Shown here in pieces: positions 23,805 to 36,748 of a DNA stretch of 64,000 nt; position 1 is the first letter of the stretch; each line of letters opens with the position of its first letter. The notes beneath the pieces are model-generated. The model saw only the letters and a program-made list of their open reading frames with translations, did no database searches and had not been told where the DNA came from. A program made the translations under genes and the position numbers. This DNA comes from Saccostrea echinata (taxonomy: Eukaryota). Location of the stretch: positions 7,874,001-7,938,000 of the forward strand of contig NW_026889781.1 in assembly GCF_033153115.1 (NCBI RefSeq), read 5' to 3'.

Positions 23805-25815
23805 AACCTTTTGACTTTCCATTTTTTTTTTTGTACAGTGTGTAAATAAAATAATGTAGAAAAGAAGTATTGTATTTTGTTTAGTGTTAAGTTATATAAA
23901 TAAGGAAGGCCAAAGGTGCCAGGGTGAACAAATTTTTGTCAGGTGATTCTAAATTGGTGTCTCAGGCCAGATATTTTTCCTGGTGGCTGCTAGAGTCTCC
24001 ATCAGGTTACTGCTTAGGTTCTGTAAATGGCCATCAGATACTTGTTTCGGCAAATGGCAACCAGCATATCATTTTATCACTTTTTTTATATAGGGTTATT
24101 TTCACCTCTGTGTTATTTTCGCCCTTTCTCAATTTTGTCCCGTTTTTGAATTCGCCTAAGACACAATTGTATTTCTTTGAATTCGCCCACTTGCTACAAG
24201 GGTGAAAGAGATGAAGATAAAACAAGAGGCAAAAAATTATTAATTTGCAGCTGGCAGACTTTTTTTTCTGTACTTAGCCATCTTTGGGCTTCCATATTTA
24301 GTTTCATATACACATATAATTATATTTACCATTTACCTCAGAGCTGTTTATGAGTATAGTTTATAATCAATGTAAAGAATTGCGACTGCAATTAACTAAT
24401 TTTATATTGCACAAATTTAACATGGGATCAGCCTAAAAAGGATGTTCATTTTCTGTTACAATTAACATTTATGTTGAAGTATTTTAATGCCATCAGATGA
24501 GGATTGATAGTAGCCGTGTAGTTGGTGAAAAACGTGAAGAAAACAAACAACTACAAATAATACAAATCTGTGACACAGGGCATAAAAGATGGACCCCCCC
24601 CCCCCCCCCAGAAATTCCAGAGGTGTGATCAGGTGCATAGGAGGAGTAAGCATCCCCAGTTGAGCGTAACACCCTCCATGAGCCCTATATGTATTGATAT
24701 CTGATGATAACTCCAGACCAGCATTACAGATCTGAATATTGTGTATTCTGATTTGAGTGCTAGCAATACAGTAAAACTTTTCTAATCTGGATGTTGTGTA
24801 TTCCGAAATCTTGTCTATTATGAAAATTTTTAGTCCCTGTTAGTGAATTGTATAAAATGTTTTTTGCCAGAACATAGCCTATACATCTAGCAAATTTCTT
24901 TAGAACCAGCAGTGTCCAGATTACGAGATAAGTACAGTATTTGCCATTTGTCTGCTTGTTAATGCTTATCTTCCTAAATGATAATTTTCTAACATATCAA
25001 TCCTGTTTTACATGTCACCAACAGGTAAATTGAAGATTATACGAGACTCACCAAGCAACAACCAAAGGTAGCCTGCATCCGTATATGTATGCATCATCCG
25101 TGTAAGTTTGGTTAGGTAGGGCTTACTGATACTTGAAAATGAACCTGCTCCAAAAAATATTGCCTGTTCACTCATCTGGAAAATATAGGTCAGATGCAGC
25201 TTCTGAAGCAGGTCAGGTACTGTGCATCCCTAGATGCATCATCCATGCATGTTAAGTACTGGTTGGACTTCTTGTTTCCTGGAGTTACTCCTAAAACTTT
25301 AAACTTGGATGCAGACATTGATGACAAGGATATAACATTAGCTCATCCTGTATTGTAAGTTCAAATAATTTATTGTTGCATAAAATTCTCGAAAGAAACA
25401 ACCTTGATAAAGATGAATTTAATCAAAAACAAGAAAATTTATTCCTTCAATAACTATAGGTGATTCACTTAAAAGCTGAAATTTATTTTAACATAAACAA
25501 TAATATCAAAGCCCTTTCCAATATAATGATCATTATATTGTATCTGGTCAGATGACTATCAAAGAATGACAAAAGAATTAAGAAATGGCAACATCAAAAT
25601 ACAAAAAATCAAACTCTCCATGGAAAAAAACCCAAAACACATGCACAGTTTGTACTTGATTACCTTTGATAATATTTTGTACACATTAAATGAATCCAAC
25701 AATTACTAATAAATTGCTGATACTTAAAACCTTAAAAAAAATTGCCTAATATGCATGTATTCAACATCTATACATAAATTACTTATATTTTTATCACATA
25801 ACACTTTTAGGTAAA

Positions 25816-28278
25816 TTAGGCACATTCAAATTCTTCCTCAGAATCCGATTCATCCGATGAAGGCTGGGAATGAATCTCAATATCATCCCCTGTGTGGACT
25901 TTAAGATGATTTTCAAGAGCCCGCTTGCTACCACATTTTTTTTCACATACTTCACATGAATAAATGTGCACGGCAGACTCCCCGGTGTGTGTCAACATGT
26001 GTCGCATCACATGTTCCTTCCTGCGGAACCGACGCCCACAAACATCGCACTCGAACTCTCTCCTTGTATCATCAATGCGAGGATTATACGTACATTTCTT
26101 CTTCTTGCCTTTATGGTTCTTCATAGTTTTAACTTTCTCTTTTAAATTTTCGTGTACGTCTTGATGACGTTTTAGTGAATATGCGGTGGAGAAACTCGTG
26201 TCACATTTTAAGCATTTATGGCGTGGAGATTCTGGAAGTCCTTGATGCGTTTTCTGGTGTCGGAGTAAATTGCTTATCTGAGTGAAATCTCGTCCACATT
26301 CCTCACATGAGTAAGGGCGCTCACCCGAGTGAGTTCGCTTGTGTCCATTTAAGTGATGAGCATGCTTAAACCCTTTTCCACAAATCTCACATACAAAGGG
26401 GCGCTCAGTTGAATGTATCTTCATGTGGTTTTTCAAATGATGCTGTAATTTTGCAGTGTAATTGCACTGTCCACAAGCAAATGGATAAACATAGGAGAAT
26501 CCTTCACCATTACTAGTCTGATTAGAAATCACCATTGCTTCGATGTTGGTTTGAATGGCACTTTGGATATCATCTTTCATTTCTTGACTAAGGTCAAACT
26601 CACACTGGTCTGTCCCTGCGTCTTCAATTTCCTCCTTCACAGAAGAGCTTGTCTCGGCAGAAGGTGCTTCAGTGTCAGAATTATGTCTTAAGAACATTCC
26701 CTGTTCTGATGCTTCAATAAATATTTCTTCATCTTCTCTCCTGTCCGTTTTTCCTTTGCTGCTAAACTTATCACATGGATTTTTTCCTGTAGTATCAGAA
26801 TAATTACAGTTATAAGTGACACCTTTCATTTTTAATCTCTTCAACACCACAACGGGTTGTTTTCCTGATAATATACAAGATGCGGGAAGTCTTTTCTGAC
26901 CATTATCTTTGATCTGTGGATCTTTTGCTTTGAGTGAGCTATGTTTTACAACTGTTAAATTTGAGTCATTATTGGTGTCCATGTTCACAGAATTTGTATC
27001 ATCTATCCCTGTGGTTGGTTTTATGAAATTGTCTTTTTCTGTTTTATCATACCTGCATCCCTCCCACTTTATTATGGTAAAACCTTCTTGTAGATTTTTC
27101 TCTACAGCTGTCTCTGAATTTACATCATTGTTTTCCCTTGACTCTTTCTGATTATAGAAAACAATGCTTCTTTCAAAACATTCACCTCTTTCAGAATCAC
27201 TAATACTATTTTCAGACTTTATCCCCTTTTCCTCTAACACTCCCTGCTGAGTATTATACATCTGACCTAGATATTTTTCTACCCTTTTCTCCTGTTCATC
27301 TGTCTTGTGTTTTATAGTAACAACTTCATCACCAAGAGAGGGTAAGGATATCATAGAATTTGGATTATCCATTCCTGTGGTTTGTCCGTTTATCTTGTCA
27401 TCAAAACAGTTCTCTTTTTTATTATCATGCATTGGCTCCTTCCACTTTATAATGGTAAATCGTTCTTTTAAATCTTTTTCTGCATATCCTTCTGTATTGG
27501 CAACAGTGTTTGTCCTTGACTCTTTCTGATTTTTAAAATCTTTGTTTCTTTCAAAACATTCATCAATTTCAGACTCACCAATACTATTTTCAGACTTAAT
27601 TTCCTTTTCTCCTAACATTCCTGGTAGAGTAAGATCCATCTGAAATCCTCCTTGCTTTGTCTTTTGTCCACCTGCTGTGTGCTTTATAGAAACAATTCCA
27701 TCACTGAGAGTTGGTGAGGATATCATAGAATTTGTATTATCCATCCCTGTAGTTTGTCTATTTAAATTATAATCAAAACAGTTCTCTGTTTTAACATGCA
27801 TGAGATCCTCCAACTTTATTATGGTAAGACCCTCTTTTACATATTTCTCTGCATCTGTCTCTGGATTAGCATCAGTGTTTGTCCTTGATGCTATCTGATT
27901 GTAGAAATCATTGCTTCTTTCAAAACATTCACCATTTTCAGAATTGCTTATAGTATTTTCAGTAATTGCTTCTTCATCTAACATTTCTGGTTCAGTATTA
28001 TCCATCTGACATTTCACTTGCTTTCTCATCTGTTCATCTTCCATGTGCTTTATAGCAACTAGTCTGTCACCTAGAGATGGTGATGATGTCACATGACCTA
28101 TATTTCCTTCCTTCTTTATTGAAAATTCCATCTTTGAAGGTTGTGATATATTAGATTCTTTACATCCTTGAGATGTTTGTGATTTATTTGTCTGGGTGGT
28201 GAAGTGCACAATATTATCATTGGTAATGTTGGACTCATGTTTGATACATGTAATTGAAAGAGAGATAGCTTTCTCCAT
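25816..28278 (-). CDS. C2H2 zinc-finger protein (820 aa from first ATG, single coding exon): six C2H2 fingers, three ~122-aa N-terminal repeats
   Basis: Six CxxC-x12-HxxxH fingers with STERPF/SGERPY linkers. First ATG at 28278 lies downstream of an in-frame TGA and a splice acceptor (ttctcctag| at 28369). Confidence 0.9.
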   Translation of the reverse strand: MEKAISLSITCIKHESNITNDNIVHFTTQTNKSQTSQGCKESNISQPSKMEFSIKKEGNIGHVTSSPSLGDRLVAIKHMEDEQMRKQVKCQMDNTEPEMLDEEAITENTISNSENGECFERSNDFYNQIASRTNTDANPETDAEKYVKEGLTIIKLEDLMHVKTENCFDYNLNRQTTGMDNTNSMISSPTLSDGIVSIKHTAGGQKTKQGGFQMDLTLPGMLGEKEIKSENSIGESEIDECFERNKDFKNQKESRTNTVANTEGYAEKDLKERFTIIKWKEPMHDNKKENCFDDKINGQTTGMDNPNSMISLPSLGDEVVTIKHKTDEQEKRVEKYLGQMYNTQQGVLEEKGIKSENSISDSERGECFERSIVFYNQKESRENNDVNSETAVEKNLQEGFTIIKWEGCRYDKTEKDNFIKPTTGIDDTNSVNMDTNNDSNLTVVKHSSLKAKDPQIKDNGQKRLPASCILSGKQPVVVLKRLKMKGVTYNCNYSDTTGKNPCDKFSSKGKTDRREDEEIFIEASEQGMFLRHNSDTEAPSAETSSSVKEEIEDAGTDQCEFDLSQEMKDDIQSAIQTNIEAMVISNQTSNGEGFSYVYPFACGQCNYTAKLQHHLKNHMKIHSTERPFVCEICGKGFKHAHHLNGHKRTHSGERPYSCEECGRDFTQISNLLRHQKTHQGLPESPRHKCLKCDTSFSTAYSLKRHQDVHENLKEKVKTMKNHKGKKKKCTYNPRIDDTRREFECDVCGRRFRRKEHVMRHMLTHTGESAVHIYSCEVCEKKCGSKRALENHLKVHTGDDIEIHSQPSSDESDSEEEFECA

Positions 28279-28540
28279 AGTTAGCCTCTCTGCAATTAAC
28301 GTTCTAACAGTACATGCATGCACGCCATCACGATTTCAGTACAACTTCCATATATTTTTCTTTAGTACCTAGGAGAATAAAAATTTCACATTAAATCTGT
28401 GAGAACAACTTCACAAACTCGTCCAGGCAAGGTAAAGTAATATGTTGAAACTTGAATGAACATGAAAAATGATAGAACAGATTACTAAAATGTTTTTGAC
28501 TAAAAATAATACCCTATATTTGTTTGATACATGTAATTTT

Positions 28541-29280
28541 ACAGGTCCAGCACAATCTCTTGATTTAGCTTTATAGCTTGAAAAAGCTATATAGCTTTAA
28601 TAAGCTATTCAAAATAGCTTGATTATGTGCAGTTTTTCAGAAAAATGTTTTTTGTAAGAAATAGACAAAAAGTCACAAGTACTTGACTATTCATATATGT
28701 GCTATGGGCTATCAAAAAAAAAAAACAACCGAAATCAAAGATAGTTCTAACATTGCAGCATTTTAAGCAAAAGATGAATTTCCATTGTTTGAGTAACTGT
28801 ACACTACCTTATGTGCGTTGAGGCGTGGATAAGTATGATTGCTTCTCATTGTACTGAATTATTACCAATCAATTATCTTGTTGACCATAATTGGTCTCTT
28901 TTAAAATTTCAATGAAGAAGTAACTGTATCAATTTGCTTTATATAGCCCCAAAACTTTTAGAACTGAGAGTACAAAGTCTCTAAAGGAGATGCAATTTGA
29001 TGAGTAATTTTTACACGCATTATTTTCAGAAGCGTCTCCACACGAGTGAAAAATTCTCGAGAGGGACGTTAAACAATAAACAAACAAACAAACAAACAGA
29101 AGAGTTTAAGGTTGAATATTATCACTGCACCAAGGTGCGACTTTTTGTTCATGCGGAGAAAATGACATATTTAAGAAAAAAAGTGTGATAAAATAGCTAA
29201 ATCAAGCTATTCTGAATAGCTTAATAAAGCTATATAGCTAAATCAAGCTATAATGCTACATCAAGCTATACATATAGCTA
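28541..29280. mobile_element. Left part of a MITE split by the 13-kb transposon (right TIR remnant at 42382-42408)
   Basis: Left end ACAGGTCCAGCACAATCTCTTGATTTAGCT is the reverse complement of agcTA|[insert]|TAaatcaagagattgtgccggacctgt; subterminal atagct/aagcta repeats; a related fragment lies at ~57497-57663. Confidence 0.75.
29030..29098 (+). mobile_element. 3' tail fragment of the tRNA-SINE family
   Basis: cgtctcc...gagtgaaaaattctcgagagggacgttaaacaataaacaaacaaac matches the reverse complement of 50964-51020. Confidence 0.75.
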
Positions 29281-29694
29281 TAGTCTGTCCCACCAAGCTA
29301 TTGTAACCACTTTTTGCAACATATCTCAAAATATATAAATACCTTGGCCTTCAACTTAGGTCCGATCGATAGATCATTTTTTTTCCAATTTTCCTCCATT
29401 TATCCGAACCCTCGAGTTCAACCGGTGTATTGACACGGCGGCAAATTCAAAGTCTACGGGGATTTAACATTGCCAAAATGGCTGCCACTTCGGCAAGGGA
29501 TCATATATTATTTTTTACTTATTCGTTATTTTCCGTAGCCTTCCGTCAATGACGTCACTGACGTTAAACGCAGCGCACGTTGACGTTATTTACGCATGCG
29601 TTACTGTCGTCAGAAGATATCCGTTTCGTTTTATACTTATATTTATATACATATTTTTTATCCATATACCATTATTATACAAGAAAATTCAAAA

Positions 29695-32600
29695 ATGCCA
29701 AGACAGAAAACGAAGAGCCGGCAAGTAGCAAAGTCATTGAAGGTATTAGCCTCAATACAGAATCATGAAATATCTGTCGACAGTTTTTTATCACTGTCGT
29801 TTGCAACTGTGGCTGAACTATATTCCGTAAAGTCATATAAATTTGAAGCCGTAAAAATCATTAATAATTTTTGGAGGCATTTTTTGTAAAAATCCTGATT
29901 CAATTATCTCAATAGCTGTAACAAAAAAAGTTCACTTTACCTCACGAGAACAAAAATCCCATGAACACAGGGGAAGTCATCGATACAATCACCACACACC
30001 ATACATTTGTATAATCCAATACATTACACTAAACCATATTTTAAGCAGTATATCCGAAGTGAATTGCAGTCCTTTAAAGCACTTTGCACACATAAAAATT
30101 CCAAATTTATGAACAAGTGCAATAATTTTGCCAAGTTTTCAAGCTGTCTGCATAACATTGCGTCAAGAAACGACCTTGCCCTTTGGTATGGGTGACAGGT
30201 CTATTCAGACCCGCATAAATTTTACCCGTCCTATATAAATGTATTGAAAGAAAGAAAAGAAGATTAAATCCAGCAGTTATGATTTTATTCTTGACTACAT
30301 GATATGTACACTTTCCAAGTCATACTTAAATATATATTCAAAAGAACTATTTATGAATATATATCAAAGAATGAATACAGCACATGTATAGATATTTTTT
30401 TGTAAACAAGAAAGATAACTCTTAGATGAAGAAATGTAATTCAATAGTTGCCAAGAGTTATTTCCCACAAATTTTACTGCTAAGCTTCAGTTAAAGAAAA
30501 ATAACAACAAATTAACCAAATGTTTACTTTTTAATGGTATCTCCAAAAATTTTCAGATATGATATTTTAAACAACAACAAGAATGACTTTATTCTTTGAA
30601 AATAGAGAGAAAACATGAATATAGTGATGCCATGAGTTGCAAAACATGCATGTTAGTTAAAATTGAAGTTATTTGTAAATGTCAAGAATATGAGCCTTTC
30701 ACAACTTCCATAAACAAATGACTATCTGATGGATGAGATTTTAATTTTTTTTAATGTACCTATGTCAGAAATCATAAATCAAAATTGTCTCTGTTTTAAA
30801 TGCATGGAAGAAGTTGTGATTGGACAACTGTATGAAATTATAACCGAATAATTAAGAGATCAACAAGAACATGTTTTGAAATCAAAAACAAAAAAGTCCA
30901 TGGGAACAAGTGTTCATTTGCTAAACAGTTAAGGTTTAGGAAATAAGATTTTATGCGAGCAACAGTTACTGATATAGGAATTGTACATTTTTTTCTTGGA
31001 TATATAATTTTCAAAAATTTTTCAGTCATCATGATAAAAAAATAGTTGTGCTAAAGTCGTTGTGTCTCAAATGAACATTTTTCTCTGGAGAATTTTGTTT
31101 CAGATTTCAAGACTGTAAAAGGGTCAATATGGCAGATACATAACTGCAAGGGCTCAAATAATCTCCCATGTTTAATGTGACTGTGACCCAAGGGCACTGA
31201 CTTTGAAATCAGACAATATTACAGTTGAACTTGGTTATTTCGTATATTGATATCTCATATACTATAGATATGTTGAAGTACTTTGGCAGTCCAAATCATC
31301 TTCTTTTATGTTTTTTACCCTGTTTATATTTCGAATCATTGAATATCTGAGTTTAATCTTGGTTCAGTCTAGTTCATAATAATGAGGTTTGACGGTATAC
31401 GAAAGGCATAAAGAAAACTGTTCTTGATAGTGTAAAAGGGGAAGGGGGAGAGAGCGATTATCTGAAAAACTGTTATCTCTTTGAGAAGCTAAAATCATTT
31501 TTCCTTACATAACCCAAAAGCATAGGCAAGCAAGCTATTATGATCAAAGATTATTCATGTAAAACTCTGTTCAGATGACAAAACTTGCCCCCCCCCCCCC
31601 CCGCCTTACCACTGAGGGACAATAACAATAGGTCCATTTGCTCAGCTGCTGCTGATTTTTACGAACTATTCCCTCTTTCTTCACATGAAAATTTGAACCC
31701 CCTAGTGGGGAGGGGTGGGGGTCTTGATTTATGCAGACCTCAATCAACACATGGAAATACTTGAGATCCTGGTACATTTAAAAGGTTATTGAAACTTTAA
31801 TCCAATAAATTACAATGTATATAAAGCTACATGTATGATCCCCTATACTAACCGTCCCCCAATACCCTGGGGCCATGACTAGAACAAATTTTAATGCACT
31901 ACTCCAGGATGCTTGCATTTCAAGATTTACAATCATGACCTTGCTGTTCTTGAAGACTTTGAAGATTTTTTTTTTATATTCTGATGTAAAACTTTGATCC
32001 CCTTTGAAAAACCTTCACTTGTGTATAATTGTGATGAAGATGAAACTCATGTGCAATCATCCTAAGGTAGTGTAGATTTAAGTTTGTTCAAATCATGACC
32101 CCTGGCGGTAGGTTGGGGTCACAATGGACGATCAAAATTTTACATAGGAGTATATAGGAAAAATCTTCTCAAGAACAGCAAAGCCATGATTGGTCATATT
32201 TATATGGAAGCATCATCAGGTAGTGCAGATTCAAATTTGTACGAATCATGACCCTTGGGGGTAAGACAAGGCCACAATGGACGATCAAAGTTTTATATTG
32301 GAGTATATAAGAAAAATCAGCAAAGCCATGATTGGTTATTAACTATTTGGAAGTATCTTAAGGTAGTGTAGATTCATGTGTGTTCAAATCATGACCCCCT
32401 AGGGATAGGGTGGGGCCACAATTGATGAAAGTTATACATAGGAATACATAAGAATTTTTTTTTAAAGTCTCCTTTTCAAGAACAGTACAGCCATGGTTGG
32501 TCATATTATATGGAAGCATCCTCAAATAGTGTAGATTCACATTTGTTCAAATCATGACCCCCAGGGGGAGGGTGCACGTGGGACCATAATGAAAGTTCAA

Positions 32601-35600
32601 ACTTGTAGGGGAAAAAAGTCACAGTTAGTCAAAGAAATATGTAAGCATCTTTAGTAAGTGTAGATTCAATTTTGTTCAAATCACCCTCCCCCCCCCCCCC
32701 CCCCCTCTTTATAGGGGTAGGTTGGGACCACTTATGCATTAAAGCTTTTCAATACTGAACTTTTCCTAGCCACAGTGCTCAGGTGGGTATGTGGCCCATG
32801 GCCTCTTGTTTATCTTGCAAAAAAGATTTTAAATCTTTTCCTATATAAAACTTTGATCTCCTAATCATGATTTGAACAAATATGGATCTACACTATGTCA
32901 GAAACCTTCTATATAAGTTTCATATTATCTGTCCAAGTGGTTGATTGTGGTTCTGAAAAGGAAGATGAAACTGTGAAAAGTTTACAATAAGGTCTAAGAC
33001 AACAAACATGGAGGAATATTGATGAGAAAAGCTCACTTGAATCTTTGGCTCAGGCAATTAAGCTTTAAAAGTTGAAAATTTGAAGAAAAAAAAAAATAAC
33101 AGATGATTACACAGGCAGATGCCAGACACAGGGTGATCAGTCAAGCTCTTAGGTGTGGTAAGAAAAAAGAAAAAAATCTAAAGAAGGAAAAAAACATTAT
33201 TTTTGGTATTTTAATTTCCATTGAAAAATTACTCAGAAAAGGGGCATAACTCATGCTATAATAGTAAATTTTGGTTAAAATCTTGGTGCATTTTTCTCCC
33301 TAAAAAAAATTGAAATTAAATAATTTTTGTTTTATGATATTTATAGATGCAGTTAAACATTTTATACCTAGAAAATATTTAAGTGTATTCTTTTAGAGTA
33401 TATTAAGTTGAGTTTCTTCACCTGATAATAACATTTTAGGGTAAAAGTTATCAGAAAATTGGTCAAAATAAATTTTGTCTCTAAACCTTTACATATAATA
33501 TTTCAAGACTATAAAATAGTCAGAATGGCAGATACATAACTTTGAAATCACACAATATGCAGTTGAACTTGGTTTTCTCAAATACTGATATGATTTTTAT
33601 CCAACTCGGGTATTGCAATTATTTTGAAGTTCATTTTTGCAAGATTGACTGGACTATACATATAACATAAAATGGATGACCATGGGCTGAATAAATTACT
33701 AAAATCAGGTGTCTCAGAACTATTAATTAATTTAACAAAAACATTTTTGTAATCCACAGGTTGTTGACATTCTCAAGAAAATTTACAATTACTTTAACAA
33801 AGAGATGAGAGATGGAAAAGTTAAAAACCTCTCCAATCCTCTAAGGAGGCTTGCAACTGCCACAGGTATTGATTAGTAGATTACAGTAAAACACGCTTAT
33901 AACAGAGTGCCAGGGACAGACAATTTTCCTTTGTTATAAGTGTAATTCCTTATATCCATTAAGTGTTCAATATGTTTTAAAGTCAAGGGGAATGAAAATC
34001 ATTTTGCAATAAGCATCCATTCATTAAAAGCGTGTTTGTTATAAGTGTGTTTAACTGTATCCTACAATAAATCCTATTACATGTACAAAGAAATGTTTTG
34101 ACGAGCAAATTGCAAATTTTTTTCAGGGGGAGGAGGGGGGATTCATTAGATCAGTGCATGGAATTCTTTGATATTGATGGTGAACTGTTAATTAGTTTGA
34201 TGGATACATTGACAATATTCATATTCAAGTACTTTTGTTCTAGAAAACATATATATAATCTTTACAATTCATCCTCTCACATGTAAAGTACATGAATGTT
34301 TTAACATAATTTAGGAATATCTGAAAGGAATTTGAAGACATGGATAATTCCTGATCCTGTTGAGGAAGTGGTGGAGGACCTGCAAGTCCCTCCTGTAGAG
34401 CAGAAGTTCCACTCCAATAAGGGGCTTGATGACTTTGATGAGGACCTGGTGAAAAGGACCATCCATGAGATGCAGTTGAGGGGCGAGTATGTTTCTCTCC
34501 GTCGACTGTCTGGTGTGTTGGTAGAAAGGGGTATCAGGATCACCAAGTCATCACTGGGACGGCTTGTGAAGAAACTTGGATTCAGGTAAGGTACACTAGA
34601 GGCAAACAATTGATTTTAAAAAATTACCTACAATGCACATGATACAACCATTTTATCATTAAATTAATAAATGAAGCATTTTATATTAAAGCAAAAACAA
34701 ATCATGTTAGATAGAGACATTTGCTTGCAGAAAAAAAGAGTTTTTCATTTTTAGCTCACCTCGACGAAGTCAAGATGAGCTTATGCTATACCCCCGGCGT
34801 CAGCGTTAGCGTCGGCGTCCCGGTTAAAGTTTTAGTAGCAAGTCCATTCCCAAGTAACTATAAGCCCTACCTGGACCAAACTTGCATGGATGATGCATCC
34901 AGGGATGGACACTACCACACTTGCTTCGGATGCTGGATCTGACCTAGATTTTCCAGATGAGTGACCAGGTTAAAATTTTTGGAGCAGGTCCATTCCCAAG
35001 TAACTATTGGCCCTACCTGGACCAAACTTGCATGGATGATGCATCTAGGGATGGACACTACCACACTTGCTTCGAATGCTGGATCTGACCTAGATTTTCC
35101 AGATGAGTGAATTTTATCCATATTTTTACCAAATTAGCATGGATGATGTAGCTAGGGATGGTCACTTCCAGACTTGCTTTGGATTCTGAATCTGACCTAC
35201 ATTTTCCACGAGTGACCAGGATAATTTTTTTGGAGTAGCTATATAACATTATGGCCTGTTATGACTAAACTTGCATAGATGGTGCATCTAAGTGAAAACT
35301 TCCAGACTTACTTTGGATGTTGGAACTGACCAAAATTTTCTTGATTAGTAAACAGGATAAACGTTTTTTGAACAGGTCTATTTCCAAGTAACTATAAGTC
35401 GTACTTAAACCAAACTTGCATGGACATTGATCTTGGGATGTACTCTAAATAAAAAAAAATATGACGTGAAATTTGCCTTACTTAAAGATAACATTCGTCG
35501 AGGTGAGCTTCGTAATCTTTGATTACCAATGTTTCAAAATGTCATTCTTTTTTTTTCAGGTTCTACAAGACTGGTTCAAATCGGAGGTACATTGGAGAGC

Positions 35601-36748
35601 GTAATGACATTGTCAGTATGCGCCATACTTACCTGAGGTCCATCCGAAACTTTAGAGAGTTGGGTCGTCCTATTGTATACTTGGACGAGACTTGGTTGAA
35701 CACCAATCATGTAGCGAGGGGAGATTGGGTGGACTGTCCTAGGATATCTACCTCTGCCTTTGAGTCGCATCGTGGAGGTCATGGGCGCTTCGTCCCACCT
35801 GGGAAAGGCTCTCGTCTGATAATCGTGGATTCTGGTTCTTCGGCTGTAGGCATGATCCCGGGATCAAGCCTAGTTTTCGAGTCGAAAACTGGCACTCAAG
35901 ATTATCATGATGAGATGAACTCAGGAAACTTCACGAGGTGGTTCACTGAGCAGTTGCTCCCTAATCTACCGGGTAATTCGGTCATCGTGATGGATAATGC
36001 TTCCTATCACAGTCATCTGGATCCCGAGTCTAAGTGTCCGACATCGTCGGCGCGAAAGGCCGAGATCCAGTCTTGGCTTGATAGAAAGGGTATCCATTAC
36101 ACTCCGGGAATGATTAAGGCCGAATTACTCACATTGGTGAAGCAACATAAGCCTCGTCCAAAGTATGTGATTGACGATTTGGCTTCACAGGCAGGTCACA
36201 CAGTTTTGCGTCTACCTCCTTATCACTGTGAGCTGAATCCCATCGAGCTGGTTTGGGCTGAATTGAAAAGCTTCGTCGCCAGGAGCAATGCCACGTTTAA
36301 GAAAGATAAAGTGATGGAGCTATTCAATCAAGCAAGATCAGCTTACGATGCGGAGAAGTGGAGGAGGGTAGAGAGCCACGTGATAAATGAGGTAGAGACA
36401 AAACTGTGGAAACTTGACGGAGTTCAGGACAACGAGGTCGCTCCGGTGATCGTTGACTTGACAGACTCGGAAGACAGTGACAGTGACTTAGACACAGATT
36501 CTGGTGATGACGAAAATGACGCTGACTCTGACGTGTCCATGAACTCCGTCGAGGAATCTGATGATGAAGTCACTTGCTGCATATGTGGTGACTATAATGC
36601 TCCTGGACGGTCTCGAAAGATTGCCTGGGTGGAATGTGAGTTGTGCGAAAGATGGAGTCACCGCATATGCACCAAGCCCTCTCTAAAGTCAGGTAAGTGC
36701 CTTCGATGTTGGAACAGTTTGTATGGACTGAATCCTCTTTCTTCATGA
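29695..36748 (+). CDS. Intron-containing DD83E transposase with acidic tail and PHD-like finger, ~537 aa; exons 29695-29742 (less certain), 33760-33865, 34315-34585, 35560-36748
   Basis: HTH-like N-terminus (IYNYF...LATATGISERNLK; TKSSLGRLVKKLGF), catalytic YLDETW / MDNASYH / LNPIE with 83 residues between D and E, C-terminal C4HC3 finger; in-phase GT-AG junctions, no stops. Confidence 0.88.
32040..32812 (+). mobile_element. Cg170-like Helentron fragment in transposase intron 1 (further inverted fragments at ~31600-32000 and ~32820-33065)
   Basis: Same ggaagcatcctcaggtagtgtagattcaagtttgttcaaatcatgacccc units and 3' CTCAGGTG...GGCCCATGG.CTCTTGTT end as 4910-5922. Confidence 0.75.
33884..34057. 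mobile_element. Tigger/pogo-like MITE in transposase intron 2
   Basis: TA|CAGTAAAACACGCTTATAAC ... GTTATAAGTGTGTTTAACTG|TA. Confidence 0.7.
34750..35520 (+). mobile_element. HINE-type element with ~133-bp tandem units filling most of transposase intron 3
   Basis: Sub-TIRs AGCTCACCTCGACGAA / TTCGTCGAGGTGAGCT, ggcgtc repeats, 4-5 tandem units, 3' GTAATC...GATTAC hairpin. Confidence 0.75.

Noticed and set aside
28279-28323. GTG-initiated N-terminal extension of the zinc-finger ORF
   Set aside because: Alternative-start artefact of the ORF track; in a eukaryote the first ATG (28278) is the likely start.
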